Virus record (IMG/VR): IMGVR_UViG_3300049841_000045
Coordinates: 1 to 56,858 of that record
Strand: one strand, 5' to 3'
DNA: 56,858 nucleotides
DNA from: a virus
Taxonomy: Duplodnaviria > Caudoviricetes
Positions 42,692 to 52,146 of this stretch are shown here, one piece after another. Position 1 is the first letter of the stretch, and each line of letters begins with the position of its first letter. A program made the position numbers and the translations under genes. The notes under the pieces are model-generated. The model was not told where the DNA came from. It did not search any database and was given only the letters and a program-made list of their open reading frames with translations.

Positions 42692-43339
42692 TTAATACTC
42701 CTCGGCTTCTTCACGCGTGATGAAAAAGTGAATGCCGTTGGAACACTCCACCCGCGGGTCGGGATCGTAAGAGTCCGGGCGGATAAGCCTGCCAAGCACG
42801 TACGGGGTGCCGTCATACTGCGCTTTCCCTTCACCGGCGATCACATACGCAAACTCGGCCCGGCATTTGCGCGAGCTGTACGCGTTAACGCGTTTGGCGT
42901 CAGCGGGAATACGCAATGTGGCGATTACTCCACCCTGCAATTTCTTGTACCCAACGATGTCCCCCGCCGGGAGGATGCAAAAGGCATGCAAGCCTTTCGC
43001 GCCCGCCAGATCGGCGCTGCACAGATTGGCGCAGAACAGATTGGCGCAGAACAGATTGGCGCAGAACAGATTGGCACCGGACAGATCGGCGCTGCGCAGA
43101 TAGGCGCCGGACAGATTGGCGCTGCGCAGATCGGCGCTGCGCAGATTGGCGCAGAACAGATTGGCGCTGCGCAGATCGGCGCCGGACAGATTGGCGCTGC
43201 GCAGATCGGCGCCGGACAGATTGGCGTTGCGCAGATCGGCGTTGCGCAGATCGGCGCCGCGCAGATTGGCGCTGCGCAGATCGGCGCCGAGCTCTAACGC
43301 CACCTCGCGCACCGAGCCGTCGAGAAATGAGACTTTCAT
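42692..43339 (-). CDS. Pentapeptide-repeat protein with DUF5758-like C-terminal domain
   Basis: About 19 A(D/N)Lxx repeats (15-bp tandem DNA units); IVGYKK...L.IPADAKR....RKCRAE.A.V...[15 protein letters not shown]. Confidence 0.9.
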   Translation of the reverse strand: MKVSFLDGSVREVALELGADLRSANLRGADLRNADLRNANLSGADLRSANLSGADLRSANLFCANLRSADLRSANLSGAYLRSADLSGANLFCANLFCANLFCANLCSADLAGAKGLHAFCILPAGDIVGYKKLQGGVIATLRIPADAKRVNAYSSRKCRAEFAYVIAGEGKAQYDGTPYVLGRLIRPDSYDPDPRVECSNGIHFFITREEAEEY

Positions 43340-43569
43340 ATCTCACCTCCCGCCCGTATCCAGTCTTCGAGAAAGGCTTGCTGTTCGGCCGTGGTGACGT
43401 GTTCCTTTACCGCGAGCTGGCGCGAGTCGCGCAGCTCCCGGATGTACTGGCGGCGCAGCCAGTGTACGTGATCCGCCAGGCGGCGCGTGTCGGTGCCCAT
43501 GGCGGTCAGTTCCTTCAGCGCATTGCGCGCTTGAAGGTAGGAATGCTCAAGCCGGATGAGACGGTTCAT
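43336..43569 (-). CDS. Hypothetical early protein
   Basis: AGGAG SD; 77 aa. Confidence 0.6.
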   Translation of the reverse strand: MNRLIRLEHSYLQARNALKELTAMGTDTRRLADHVHWLRRQYIRELRDSRQLAVKEHVTTAEQQAFLEDWIRAGGEI

Positions 43570-43644
43570 GATGGACTTCTCCTAATGATGCTAGCGTGCA
43601 CCCCGCAAGGCCGGGCGGCGGGCCCCGACCTTGCAGGCTGGGCG

Positions 43645-43884
43645 CTAGTCGCAGCGGCCCTCCTCGTACAGCGCCAGCGAGTCGAGCGCATGGGTGAGCG
43701 CATCAGACATGCGGGAAAAGGTACGCGGGCCGACTCTCACGTCGCCGGTCAATACCCAAGCCGGGCCGGTGGGAGAGTCGGTGTCGCGCGTGATGTGCAC
43801 ACGCGCCCAGGTGTTCTCAAGCGTGAGGTAATCGCCGGAGCGGTTACCCGTGGCCAACTGCGCTAGTTTCTGGATTGTGTACAT
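43645..43884 (-). CDS. Hypothetical early protein
   Basis: GGAGGT SD before ATG 43884. Confidence 0.55.
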   Translation of the reverse strand: MYTIQKLAQLATGNRSGDYLTLENTWARVHITRDTDSPTGPAWVLTGDVRVGPRTFSRMSDALTHALDSLALYEEGRCD

Positions 43885-43888
43885 GGAA

Positions 43889-44209
43889 CTAACCTCCGGC
43901 CTTCGCCAGCGCGGCGCGGGCGGTATCGGCTTGCCACTTCCACTGCTGCGATTCGCCATTAGGGGCGCTGACATAGCTCTCCCCGGCGTGCTCTAGCAGC
44001 GTGCGCAGCGCCGCTACCAGTTCGGGGGCGGCGGCGATCAGGCGGGCATTCGCTTCCGCCATCCGGACGGCCGCGCTGGAATCGTCCTCCGGCTCAATGC
44101 GGCACACTTGGCAGCCAGTGTGAGTTTCGGTGCCGTCGAATTCGATTGTGATGGCCGGGAATCGGCCGGGTGCGACGTGCCACGGGCCGGGAGTGTGATT
44201 AGCAGCCAT
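43889..44209 (-). CDS. Conserved phage early protein (HTPGPW...ANARLIAAAP family)
   Basis: HTPGPW and EANARLIAAAPEL motifs; GGAGGT SD. Confidence 0.8.
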   Translation of the reverse strand: MAANHTPGPWHVAPGRFPAITIEFDGTETHTGCQVCRIEPEDDSSAAVRMAEANARLIAAAPELVAALRTLLEHAGESYVSAPNGESQQWKWQADTARAALAKAGG

Positions 44210-44480
44210 GCGGCACCTCCGAGAGAGCCTTGGCCTCGGCCGCGCTGATGTACTGGCGCGGTGCCACGTCGCGGGCTGCGGCCAGCGCGGCGCGTGCTCG
44301 GTCTAGCGTCTCAACAAACGGGCGGCCGTCGTCGCTGCGGTCGATGTCCGCCACCAGCGCGCGCAGCGCCGCTACCAGCGCGTCGCGTTCTTCTCGCAGC
44401 ACCGTAGCGGCGGCTGTGCTGCTTACCGTGCCGTCTGCAGCGGCAGCGACCAGTGATTCGAGTTGTGACGTTGTGGACAT
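44199..44480 (-). CDS. First early gene, hypothetical
   Basis: 93 aa, directly after the leftward promoter. Confidence 0.6.
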   Translation of the reverse strand: MSTTSQLESLVAAAADGTVSSTAAATVLREERDALVAALRALVADIDRSDDGRPFVETLDRARAALAAARDVAPRQYISAAEAKALSEVPHGC

Positions 44481-44517
44481 GGCGATGTGTATCCTGTGGT
44501 TGTGGGGTGCAGTGGCT

Positions 44518-44545
44518 ATGATAAGGATATCGGGCCAAAGTTCAA
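44518..44545 (-). promoter_or_regulatory. Putative early sigma70 promoter with overlapping repeats
   Basis: Minus strand TTGAAC-16 nt-TATCAT about 40 nt upstream of the first early ATG; ATCGGGCCA at 44529 and 44553. Confidence 0.6.
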
Positions 44546-44639
44546 TAACTAAATCGGGCCAGGCCTTATCAATCCGGGAGGCGCATCCTTTTGCGATCCT
44601 TCTATATAGATAGATGAGAAAAGCGTGCCAGGATGGCAG

Positions 44640-44648
44640 TTATCCACA
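44640..44648 (+). promoter_or_regulatory. Consensus DnaA box
   Basis: TTATCCACA in the main non-coding region. Confidence 0.45.
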
Positions 44649-44806
44649 GGATTGGGGCAATCTTCACAAAACTTAACACTTGGTCGATTGGGCGGGTTGA
44701 TTGTCGACTCGTTGGGAGGAGATAGGTTGACAATTGAGCGGTTTGGAGAGGATAGATGAGAATGGATTGCAATTGGAAGGGATTATTTATAAGCATTTAT
44801 AACTAT

Positions 44807-44960
44807 TGCACCATGCACCAAGTGTGCACCAAGTTGCACCAAATGGTGTGGGAATAAGGATGCACCATGCGCACCATGCGCACCATCCCCCGGAGGGGAT
44901 GGTGCAGGGCGCTTGGTGCGTTGGCGCCGATTTTCGAAGAAACCCCCGGTTTGCACCACG
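44807..44960. repeat. GCACCA iteron-like cluster (candidate origin or packaging region)
   Basis: About 8 direct GCACCA and 2 inverted TGGTGC copies, including the hairpin GCACCATCCCC-CGGA-GGGGATGGTGC (44880-44905), next to an AT-rich tract. Confidence 0.8.
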
Positions 44961-45008
44961 TATAAGGACATAAGGACGATAAGAACGCCAGCCCGGCCAG
45001 GCACGCGC

Positions 45009-45042
45009 CGTCAAGACCTAAACGGGCATTTAGGTCTTGACG
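45009..45042. repeat. Perfect 14-bp inverted repeat
   Basis: CGTCAAGACCTAAA-CGGGCA-TTTAGGTCTTGACG. Confidence 0.9.
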
Positions 45043-45549
45043 CCAGAGTACGTAACCCCTTGATACCCCTCGAATTTCGCCTAATAGGCGACTTTTCCCC
45101 CGGCGCGGGACCGGCCTCCCCGAACGACGCCCCGCCCATTTGCGGTCCTGCTTGGCCCTGAGATTTTTTCAGAAAATTTATAGACTTAGCTTTTTATCGA
45201 TTATATCCTTATTATTATTTTTGGCCCTTTTTTCCTCGAACCCGTTATACTATACACGGAATGGGTATGGCATTTTCACCGTTTTCCAGATCGGCAGCCC
45301 CGCTTGCGCATCGATCGCCGCGATCCGTACCTTCTCCGCGGCACGCGTTTGACGATCACCGCAGGCGGGTGTCTGCCACTGAACCCACAAACGACCCCAT
45401 CCAGGCTCAACGTCAGCCCCTACAAGCGGCGATCGATCTTGGGGAGCCCGTCACCACAGGGGTACCCCCGTCGCCGCTAGAATCGGCTCCTGGCGCCTTC
45501 TACGCGTATACCCCCTAACCGTCGCAATTCAGCCTGAAACCGGAGAATC

Positions 45550-46167
45550 ATGTCCTCGACCGACGAAAACTGGCTCGACATCGGTGAGTCACCGAAGATC
45601 GCCGCCGCGGTCAAGTTGCCCGGCGAGACCCAGCGTGGCACGAATGTTGCAAAGCGGCCTGGCAGTCGGGCTCGAGCTTGGGTCTGTGACGGCGAGTTCG
45701 TCTGGTTCCGACGCAAGCGCGCCAATCCGGCGACGTTGCAGCGATTGACCGATCAGCTCGCCCGCGGCGAGTTGAAGCACATGACGACGAGTGATGACGT
45801 GGAGATCTACCAGGTTCTCAAGTCCTCGCCGTTCCATCGTCCGGCACGCAACTTCACCACGATCGATTTTCCCACGTTGACGCGCGAGACGGTTCTCGCG
45901 GCGTGCAAGCGCGATTTCGCGACTTTTCTCGATGGGCTCGAGGAAATCGCCTCGCGCATCAAAAATGCGCAGTACAGCGACGGACGCTCGGCGGAGCCGG
46001 CGTTTGCGAAAATGCTGTATCAGGAGAAGCTCGAGCACATCTTCAACATGATTGCGTTGCGGCGCGGGCCGTCGCAGGGCGAGATCGACCGCGGGATCAA
46101 GGATCTTCGCGAGAAGCGCAGGGATGGGGGCGGGCGCATGATTCTGTTGCCGCCTGGAAAAGCATGA
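45550..46167 (+). CDS. Hypothetical protein, first late-strand gene
   Basis: GGAG SD; 205 aa; ATGA-coupled to the next gene. Confidence 0.65.
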   Translation: MSSTDENWLDIGESPKIAAAVKLPGETQRGTNVAKRPGSRARAWVCDGEFVWFRRKRANPATLQRLTDQLARGELKHMTTSDDVEIYQVLKSSPFHRPARNFTTIDFPTLTRETVLAACKRDFATFLDGLEEIASRIKNAQYSDGRSAEPAFAKMLYQEKLEHIFNMIALRRGPSQGEIDRGIKDLREKRRDGGGRMILLPPGKA

Positions 46168-46823
46168 ATGCGGACTGGCTTGCGCTTGAAGCGCCAGCAG
46201 AAGATAGAAGTTGGCTGGATACTGGAGAAGACGACGAAAGTTTTTCGCCCGCGCTTCCTACGTCCAGAGAACTGGCGAAGCTAACGCCACAGTTTATTGG
46301 GCCTGTTGATCTGCCCACGGATCCAGCCCGCCGTAACGAGATGATTCATTCGGCATGGTTGAGGCTGAATGATAAGCAGCGCATGTTTTTGAACGCGTTG
46401 CCGGCGCATCGGTTCAGCGTACGCGCTACGGAACGTGCGCTGCGCAAGATGACTCTTGGGGTTTCGCGATCTTCAGTCAATGGCTGGATTCGTTCAAACG
46501 CGGATTTCAAGTTCGTGCTGGATGTGCTGAGAGCTGTGGCTACGGAAGCGGCGATCAATCCGCATAAGTTGCATCTTATGGTGGATGAGATCGCGGAACT
46601 GGCTCTCGAGGGAGAGGACGTTCTGTACCAGGGCCAGCCGACGGGGTTTATTACGCGGAATTTGTCTGGGGCGCTCAAGGCGATTGAGCTGCAGATGAAA
46701 GCGACAAACATGCTGCGCGAACAGGGAGAGGGGGCTCGCGTCAAGGTCAGCATTGTCAGGATGACCGGGGACTGGGAGACGGCTGATGCAATCAGTGTTT
46801 CGGCTGAGGGCGCCGCGGCGTGA
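46164..46823 (+). CDS. terS: Terminase small subunit (putative)
   Basis: Likely start MNADWL at 46164; LNDKQRMFL HTH-like segment, GALKAIEL..K...ML; directly upstream of TerL. Confidence 0.65.
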   Translation: MNADWLALEAPAEDRSWLDTGEDDESFSPALPTSRELAKLTPQFIGPVDLPTDPARRNEMIHSAWLRLNDKQRMFLNALPAHRFSVRATERALRKMTLGVSRSSVNGWIRSNADFKFVLDVLRAVATEAAINPHKLHLMVDEIAELALEGEDVLYQGQPTGFITRNLSGALKAIELQMKATNMLREQGEGARVKVSIVRMTGDWETADAISVSAEGAAA

Positions 46824-48307
46824 AGCAGGTCCGGTTCGAGTATAAGCCCCAGGGTAAGGTTCTCGAGGAGTGGGGGCGCGATCGGTCTCAGGTTTCTATT
46901 ATTCGCGGACCGATAGGCTCTGGAAAGTCTTGGCGCGCGATTTTTCGCATGATTGAACTGTGCGCGCAACAGCAACCGAACCGGGAGGGGCTTCGTCGGA
47001 CTTTTGCGGCGGTAGTACGAAAGACTTACCCTGAGATCACGAGTTCTATTCTGAAGGATGTACGTGAACTGATTCCCGAGGAAATGGGGCGATTGACGAT
47101 GGGGCACCCGCCTCAGTTGGAATTGAAGTTTGATCTGGATGATGATACGCGGGTTGAAGCGACGATTCAGTTTCTCGCGCTTGATAAGGCGGAGGATGCG
47201 AATAAGGTTCGCGGCATGAATATTTCATGGGCGTGGATCAACGAGGTGAACCTCATCTCGGAGAACGTATTTCGCATGGTGCTGGCGCGTACTAATCGCT
47301 TTCGCCCTGGGTATAATACTTGGGCGGGGGTTTTTGCTGATGCAAACCCGTGGGACCAGGACCACTGGTTACAGATTTTGTATGAGCAACAGCAGAAGGA
47401 CCCGACGTTTTTTGCGGATTATAAGTTCTTTGTCCAGCCCGGGGCGTTGATCAAGCAAAACGGGAAATGGGTGATAAATCCTCTGGCGGAGAACCAGGCG
47501 CTGTTGAAGACAGGGTATGTGCAACGATTGATCCCTGGCGCGCGAGAGGACTGGATCCGCATAAACCTGGGGAATGAGCTTGGGTACGCGTATGACGGAA
47601 AACCTGTCCATCCGGATTATTCGGACAAGGGGAATGTAGCGGAGGAGCCGTTGGTCCCCCGGGCGGGAGTAGTGTACGTTGGGTTGGACTTTGGGCTGGA
47701 CCCCTCGGCGGTATTCTGGCAGCGACAGGCTAACGGGCAATGGTGGGGGTTTGATGAGATTGCGGCGCACGATCAGCACAACGAGGCTTTTGCGCGTGAG
47801 TTGAAAGCCCGGTGCGCGCAATGGCGCTCTATGGTGTCTGGGCTGACGTTTTTGTTTGTGGGGGACCCGAGCGGCGATAATCGTTCGATGACGGACGGTC
47901 GGACAACCTTTCAGATATACCGTGGGCATGGGATTAACATAAAAGCGGCGTCGTCCAATGATCCTCAGATTCGACGTGCCGCGTTGGATCGCCCGTTGAC
48001 GCGCACGGTAGACGGGGGCAAACCCGGGTTGTTATTGTCGCCGGGGTTGAACAATCTTCGCAAAGCGCTCGCGGGAGCGTGGTGTTATCGGCGCGTTCAG
48101 GTGGGTAGCACCGAACGATACAAAGATGAGGCGGATAAGGACAAGTATTCGCATATCGGTGAAGCGGCGGAGTATGGTTTGATGGACGCCGGGGAGCATC
48201 AGATAATCAATAACGGTGGTGATAACTCTGAGGCGTGGGCTAAGTATTCCGGAGATATCCGGCGCGGCGCGGTAGGGAGACGGGACTGGAACCCTTTTGA
48301 ATTATGA
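46820..48307 (+). CDS. terL: Terminase large subunit
   Basis: Walker A RGPIGSGKS, Walker B WINEV, DANP, nuclease motifs GLDFGLDP, GDPSG and YSHIGEAAEY. Confidence 0.95.
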   Translation: MKQVRFEYKPQGKVLEEWGRDRSQVSIIRGPIGSGKSWRAIFRMIELCAQQQPNREGLRRTFAAVVRKTYPEITSSILKDVRELIPEEMGRLTMGHPPQLELKFDLDDDTRVEATIQFLALDKAEDANKVRGMNISWAWINEVNLISENVFRMVLARTNRFRPGYNTWAGVFADANPWDQDHWLQILYEQQQKDPTFFADYKFFVQPGALIKQNGKWVINPLAENQALLKTGYVQRLIPGAREDWIRINLGNELGYAYDGKPVHPDYSDKGNVAEEPLVPRAGVVYVGLDFGLDPSAVFWQRQANGQWWGFDEIAAHDQHNEAFARELKARCAQWRSMVSGLTFLFVGDPSGDNRSMTDGRTTFQIYRGHGINIKAASSNDPQIRRAALDRPLTRTVDGGKPGLLLSPGLNNLRKALAGAWCYRRVQVGSTERYKDEADKDKYSHIGEAAEYGLMDAGEHQIINNGGDNSEAWAKYSGDIRRGAVGRRDWNPFEL

Positions 48308-48492
48308 TCAAAACATTCTTGCTGGTCGTGGTTTTCGACATGCAGACCGGCGAGGTATTGAAGATCATAGAGCCGATTCCGGGATTCGAAACGTTCGTTG
48401 ACTGCGAGGCGGCGCGACTGCTGTTGCCGGTGTCGAAGACGAATATTGGCTACCGGGCCTGGTGTCTGACTCCCCGTGACATCCGGATCTAG
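48304..48492 (+). CDS. Small hypothetical protein
   Basis: 62 aa; hydrophobic start and F.T..DCE.A...C pattern; ATGA-coupled. Confidence 0.55.
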   Translation: MIKTFLLVVVFDMQTGEVLKIIEPIPGFETFVDCEAARLLLPVSKTNIGYRAWCLTPRDIRI

Positions 48493-48500
48493 AGTTCAGC

Positions 48501-48941
48501 GTGGAGAAGCTCAGTCTCCTCGAGTTGGCGGGGAAGTCCACGACGCAGTGGTATGCGGTCTATATGGATCGCGAGAACCCCCGGTGGTGGAACCAGTACT
48601 TGAAGAAGGGGTTCCAGCACGTGCAGCTCTGGCGGCCCGTGAAGTACGGTCCGGAGATGCGTGATACGTTCTGGCTGGTGGTCGAGCCCTGTCTTGAGTT
48701 CCTGGACGCAGGAGTGGTGTTCAACCACATGCCGCCCTGGCACAACGACAAGGGGTTCACGGTCCAGCGGGTGGTGTCGGTGTGCCGGGCGAAGAAGGTC
48801 CGGGATTGGTTTCATGTCGGTCCGGTGACGTGTGTTGAACTGGCGAAAGCGTGCCTGGGTACCAAGTCATTCTGGACGCGTACGCCGTGGCAGTTGTACA
48901 AGTACATCGCTCGCTCCGGCGGCGTGTTGATACAGGGGTAG
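48501..48941 (+). CDS. Permuted papain-like protein
   Basis: FQHV (His) precedes TCVELAKACLG (Cys), then TPWQLYKYI. Confidence 0.6.
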   Translation: MEKLSLLELAGKSTTQWYAVYMDRENPRWWNQYLKKGFQHVQLWRPVKYGPEMRDTFWLVVEPCLEFLDAGVVFNHMPPWHNDKGFTVQRVVSVCRAKKVRDWFHVGPVTCVELAKACLGTKSFWTRTPWQLYKYIARSGGVLIQG

Positions 48942-48947
48942 ACAGGT

Positions 48948-49238
48948 ATGAGTTTTGGATCTCCGAAGGCGCCACAGCCTACGCCTGCGCAGAAGCAACT
49001 CGAGAAGTCCCAGGTGATCAATCTCGCGAAGCTGGATGCGCAGGAGAATGAACGACGCAAGCGGTTGCTGACGGCGCAGACGGGAGTGCGAGCCTATCGC
49101 GGTTCTCCTCTGTTCCGGGCGAACATGGGGGATACGGCGGGTACCGGGGCGTCCGCGAGCAGCGGCGCGGGGTATAGCGGGGCGGTGCCCAACGTTAGAG
49201 GTCTTCTGGGTTCGATTCGCATGGGGCCAGTATTTTGA
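48948..49238 (+). CDS. Small virion/assembly protein upstream of portal
   Basis: FGSPKAPQP...ERRKR...G pattern typical before T7-like portals. Confidence 0.65.
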   Translation: MSFGSPKAPQPTPAQKQLEKSQVINLAKLDAQENERRKRLLTAQTGVRAYRGSPLFRANMGDTAGTGASASSGAGYSGAVPNVRGLLGSIRMGPVF

Positions 49239-49423
49239 AAGCTAAACTAGGATCAGGCGCGCGATTTAAGGCGCTGGTGAAGAAGATCAAAGCACATGGC
49301 GGCGCGAGTGATCCGGCAGCGGTTGCCGCATCGATCGGGCGCAAGAAGTACGGGAAGGGCCGGTTTGCCAAATTTTCTGCCAAAGGGCGCAAGCACGAGG
49401 CGCGAGAAGGCGGGAAGAGCTGA
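49235..49423 (+). CDS. Small basic protein
   Basis: KLGSGARFKAL...DPAAVAASIGRKKYGK, a recurring phage family; TTG start. Confidence 0.7.
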   Translation: MKAKLGSGARFKALVKKIKAHGGASDPAAVAASIGRKKYGKGRFAKFSAKGRKHEAREGGKS

Positions 49424-50994
49424 TGTTTCTGAGTACGTTACCCACGGATCTCGAGAACGCGGAAGCGTTGCTGGAGCGTCGCAAGAAAGCGGCAACCAAG
49501 AAAGAGATGTGGCGTTCGACGTACCAGGATGCCTATCGGTTCGCAATGCCGACGCGCGAGACGTTCTCATGGGCGATCGAGGGGCAGAACAAGCAGCGGC
49601 AGTTGTACGATTCGACGCTTCAGGAGTCGACGTATACCGCGGCCAATACGCTCTGCGCCCTGCTGTTCCCTTCGTGGACGCGCTGGGCAGAGTTGGCACC
49701 TGGCGGGGCGATCGGGCAGGATGCCGTCACGCCGGAGATCATTGATGGGCTGCAGAAGGCGACGCAGACATTCTTCACGTTCTTGAACAACAGTAATTTC
49801 GGGACGGTGATCAGCGAAGCGGCGCTGGACTTGATGATCGGCACCGCGGCGCTGAGTTTCGATGAAGGCGATCAGGACAGGCCGTTCTCGTTCTCTTCGA
49901 TCCCGCTTTCGGCGATCGAGATCGAGGAAGGGCCCGACGGTTCGGTTGAGACGACGTGGATGTGCCGCAAGCCTCTGGCGCGGCATCTGATGCGATTGTA
50001 CCCCGGGTTGACGCTATTCGATCTCTCCCCGGCGACGCAGGATGCGATCGTAATGAAGCCGGATGCCGAGATTGAAATTATACAAGGACTTGTATATCAT
50101 CCGGAGACCAAGGCATACTACGGCGTCGTTGTTGAAGTCGCCGCCAAGCAGATCATCTGGCGGTACAACTATGCCTCGAGTTGCCCGACGATCGTTGCGC
50201 GGGCGACCAAGGTAGCGGGGGAGACATATGGCCGCGGTCGTGTACTACTGGCTCTTGCTGACGCGAAGACTCTAGACAAGATGCAGGAGTTCGTCCTGCG
50301 TCATTCGGCGATCAGCGTGGCTCCCCCGATGACGGGGGTGAGCGACGGGGTGTTGAATCCGTATACGGCGACGCTCTCGCCCAATACGATCATCCCGGTG
50401 GCGAGCAACGATACGGGCAACCCGTCGTTGGCGCCGATCCCGATTGGCGGGAACTTCCGCATCACTGAGAATCTGATGACGGATCTTCGCGAGAAGGTGC
50501 GTCGGATCATGCTGGGCCCAGAGCCGAGTGAAGGGGCAGTGAAAAGCGCGACCGAGATCAGTGTCTCGGATCGCAATCGGCTCTGGGCCATGAACGGTGA
50601 GTACAGCCGCATCCAGTCCGAACTTCTGGCGAAGATTATCGCCCGCGGCATCTTCATCCTGCAGAAGAAGGGGCTGATGGCCCGCTTCAAGGTGGATGGC
50701 CGGGAAGTGGCGGTGAAGTACACGTCCCCGTTCGCCAAGTCGCAGAACGCCGAGGACGTGATGGCGCTGCAGGAGACGTTGATGATCGCTGGGGCGATGG
50801 GTCCTGAACTCATTCACTCGGCGTTGAGAACGGAGAAGATGCCGGGGTGGATCGCCCGCATGAAGGGTGTCCCCGAGTCCCTGATCTGTTCGGATGAAGA
50901 ACAGCAGAGCCGGGTAGCCCAGGCGGCGCAGGCGATGGCTGTGATGCAGCAGATGCAGGCTCCCGCGCAACCGGGAGCGCCAGCAGGAGCGTAA
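49423..50994 (+). CDS. Portal (head-tail connector) protein, T7-like
   Basis: 523 aa; LYDST, SNF......LDL.IGTA, R..K..GETYGRG...AL.D.KTL, SATEI. Confidence 0.95.
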   Translation: MFLSTLPTDLENAEALLERRKKAATKKEMWRSTYQDAYRFAMPTRETFSWAIEGQNKQRQLYDSTLQESTYTAANTLCALLFPSWTRWAELAPGGAIGQDAVTPEIIDGLQKATQTFFTFLNNSNFGTVISEAALDLMIGTAALSFDEGDQDRPFSFSSIPLSAIEIEEGPDGSVETTWMCRKPLARHLMRLYPGLTLFDLSPATQDAIVMKPDAEIEIIQGLVYHPETKAYYGVVVEVAAKQIIWRYNYASSCPTIVARATKVAGETYGRGRVLLALADAKTLDKMQEFVLRHSAISVAPPMTGVSDGVLNPYTATLSPNTIIPVASNDTGNPSLAPIPIGGNFRITENLMTDLREKVRRIMLGPEPSEGAVKSATEISVSDRNRLWAMNGEYSRIQSELLAKIIARGIFILQKKGLMARFKVDGREVAVKYTSPFAKSQNAEDVMALQETLMIAGAMGPELIHSALRTEKMPGWIARMKGVPESLICSDEEQQSRVAQAAQAMAVMQQMQAPAQPGAPAGA

Positions 50995-51000
50995 GCGAGT

Positions 51001-51279
51001 ATGGGAGAAGGGTGGTTGGATGAGGATGTGCGTGACCAGGAGATGATCCCGGTCACGCCGGAGCAGCGCAAGGCCGCGATCGAGTTCGCTCAAGCCTACA
51101 AGGTTTTTGCGGACGACGAACGGGGCCGGGCGCTTCTCGAGCACTGGGTTAAGACGATCGAAGCACATGACGTACCGCCTTCCGCGTCAGTGCAGGAGTA
51201 TGCGTTCTGGGAAGGGCGTCGACAGTTTGTCCGTGGCATTCAACGCCAGCTCGCGCTGGCAAAGACAGAGGATATCTAA
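51001..51279 (+). CDS. Bbp19-like small head-assembly protein
   Basis: Y.VF....G.ALL.HW......AF.EGRRQFV..I, between portal and scaffold. Confidence 0.75.
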   Translation: MGEGWLDEDVRDQEMIPVTPEQRKAAIEFAQAYKVFADDERGRALLEHWVKTIEAHDVPPSASVQEYAFWEGRRQFVRGIQRQLALAKTEDI

Positions 51280-52146
51280 GTGACGACCGAAGCAACGACA
51301 CCTGCGGCCGCTGAAGCGGCACCCGCAGCCGAAGCAACCAGTGAGTCTCTGATCCCGGCGGCCGCGCCGGCAGCGGCCCCGGCTGCTGCGGCTCCCACCA
51401 AGGAAGCAGCGCCTGCGGCTGCAGTTCCCGCGGCAACTCCCGCGCCGGCCCCCGCGCAACCTGAGTGGTTTTACGCGGATGGCACTCCCGGCAAGGGTCA
51501 GATGCCTTTATGGTACAAGGCCGATAAGTACAGTACCGTCGAGAAGCAGGCGGAAGCCTATGCGCATTTGGAGAAGCGGTTTGGCGCATTCACGGGCGCG
51601 CCGGAATCTGGTAAGTATGACGTGAAACTCCCCGAGGGCGTGGGGGTCGAATTGGTGACCGATCATCCACTGATGAATGATTTTCAGAAGTGGGCGCTCG
51701 AGCATCAGTTGAACCAGGACGGGTTTAATCAGCTTGTCGGAATGCTGGCGCAGTACGAGGCTGCGCAGATTCCGGACATGGGCGAGATCAAGACGCAGCT
51801 CGGGGCGAACGCTGATGCACGCATCGCTGCGGTGGCACAGTGGACGCAGGCGAATCTGAAGCCTGCGGAATATCAGAAGCTGATGCAGGCGACGACGGGC
51901 TCGAATGCCGCGGCTGTGGTCGAGGTGATCGAAAGCATGATCGCCAAGACCAAGCAGGTCGCGTTGCCGAAACCTGGGCAGGATGTGACCGCGGCGCAGC
52001 CGATGGGCGAGGCCGCCCTTCAGGCAGCGATGCAGAAGAAGGGTCCGGATGGGAAACCGTTATACTTCACGAATGAGCAGTATCGGGCTACGATCGATAA
52101 GCAGATTCGTGAACACTATCAGGCACAGCAGGGGCAGGCCGCTTAA
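51280..52146 (+). CDS. Capsid scaffolding/assembly protein
   Basis: Ala/Pro-rich N-terminus; KY.TVE.QA.AY..LEKRFG.F.GAP..Y; located between portal and capsid. Confidence 0.85.
   Translation: MTTEATTPAAAEAAPAAEATSESLIPAAAPAAAPAAAAPTKEAAPAAAVPAATPAPAPAQPEWFYADGTPGKGQMPLWYKADKYSTVEKQAEAYAHLEKRFGAFTGAPESGKYDVKLPEGVGVELVTDHPLMNDFQKWALEHQLNQDGFNQLVGMLAQYEAAQIPDMGEIKTQLGANADARIAAVAQWTQANLKPAEYQKLMQATTGSNAAAVVEVIESMIAKTKQVALPKPGQDVTAAQPMGEAALQAAMQKKGPDGKPLYFTNEQYRATIDKQIREHYQAQQGQAA

Noticed and set aside
43005-43290. Possible CRISPR array
   Set aside because: Contiguous 15-bp coding repeats with no unique spacers and no cas operon; the DUF2800 nuclease is a normal replication-module gene.
42728-43866. 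Repetitive alternate-frame ORFs (QIGAA, DWRR, RRSA repeats)
   Set aside because: By-products of the 15-bp pentapeptide repeat, which lacks stops in several frames.
44602-45518. Short ORFs in the divergence region
   Set aside because: No clear SDs or motifs, and they overlap repeats and regulatory elements.
50272-51168. 298-aa antisense ORF over the portal gene
   Set aside because: Shadow ORF with no recognisable features.
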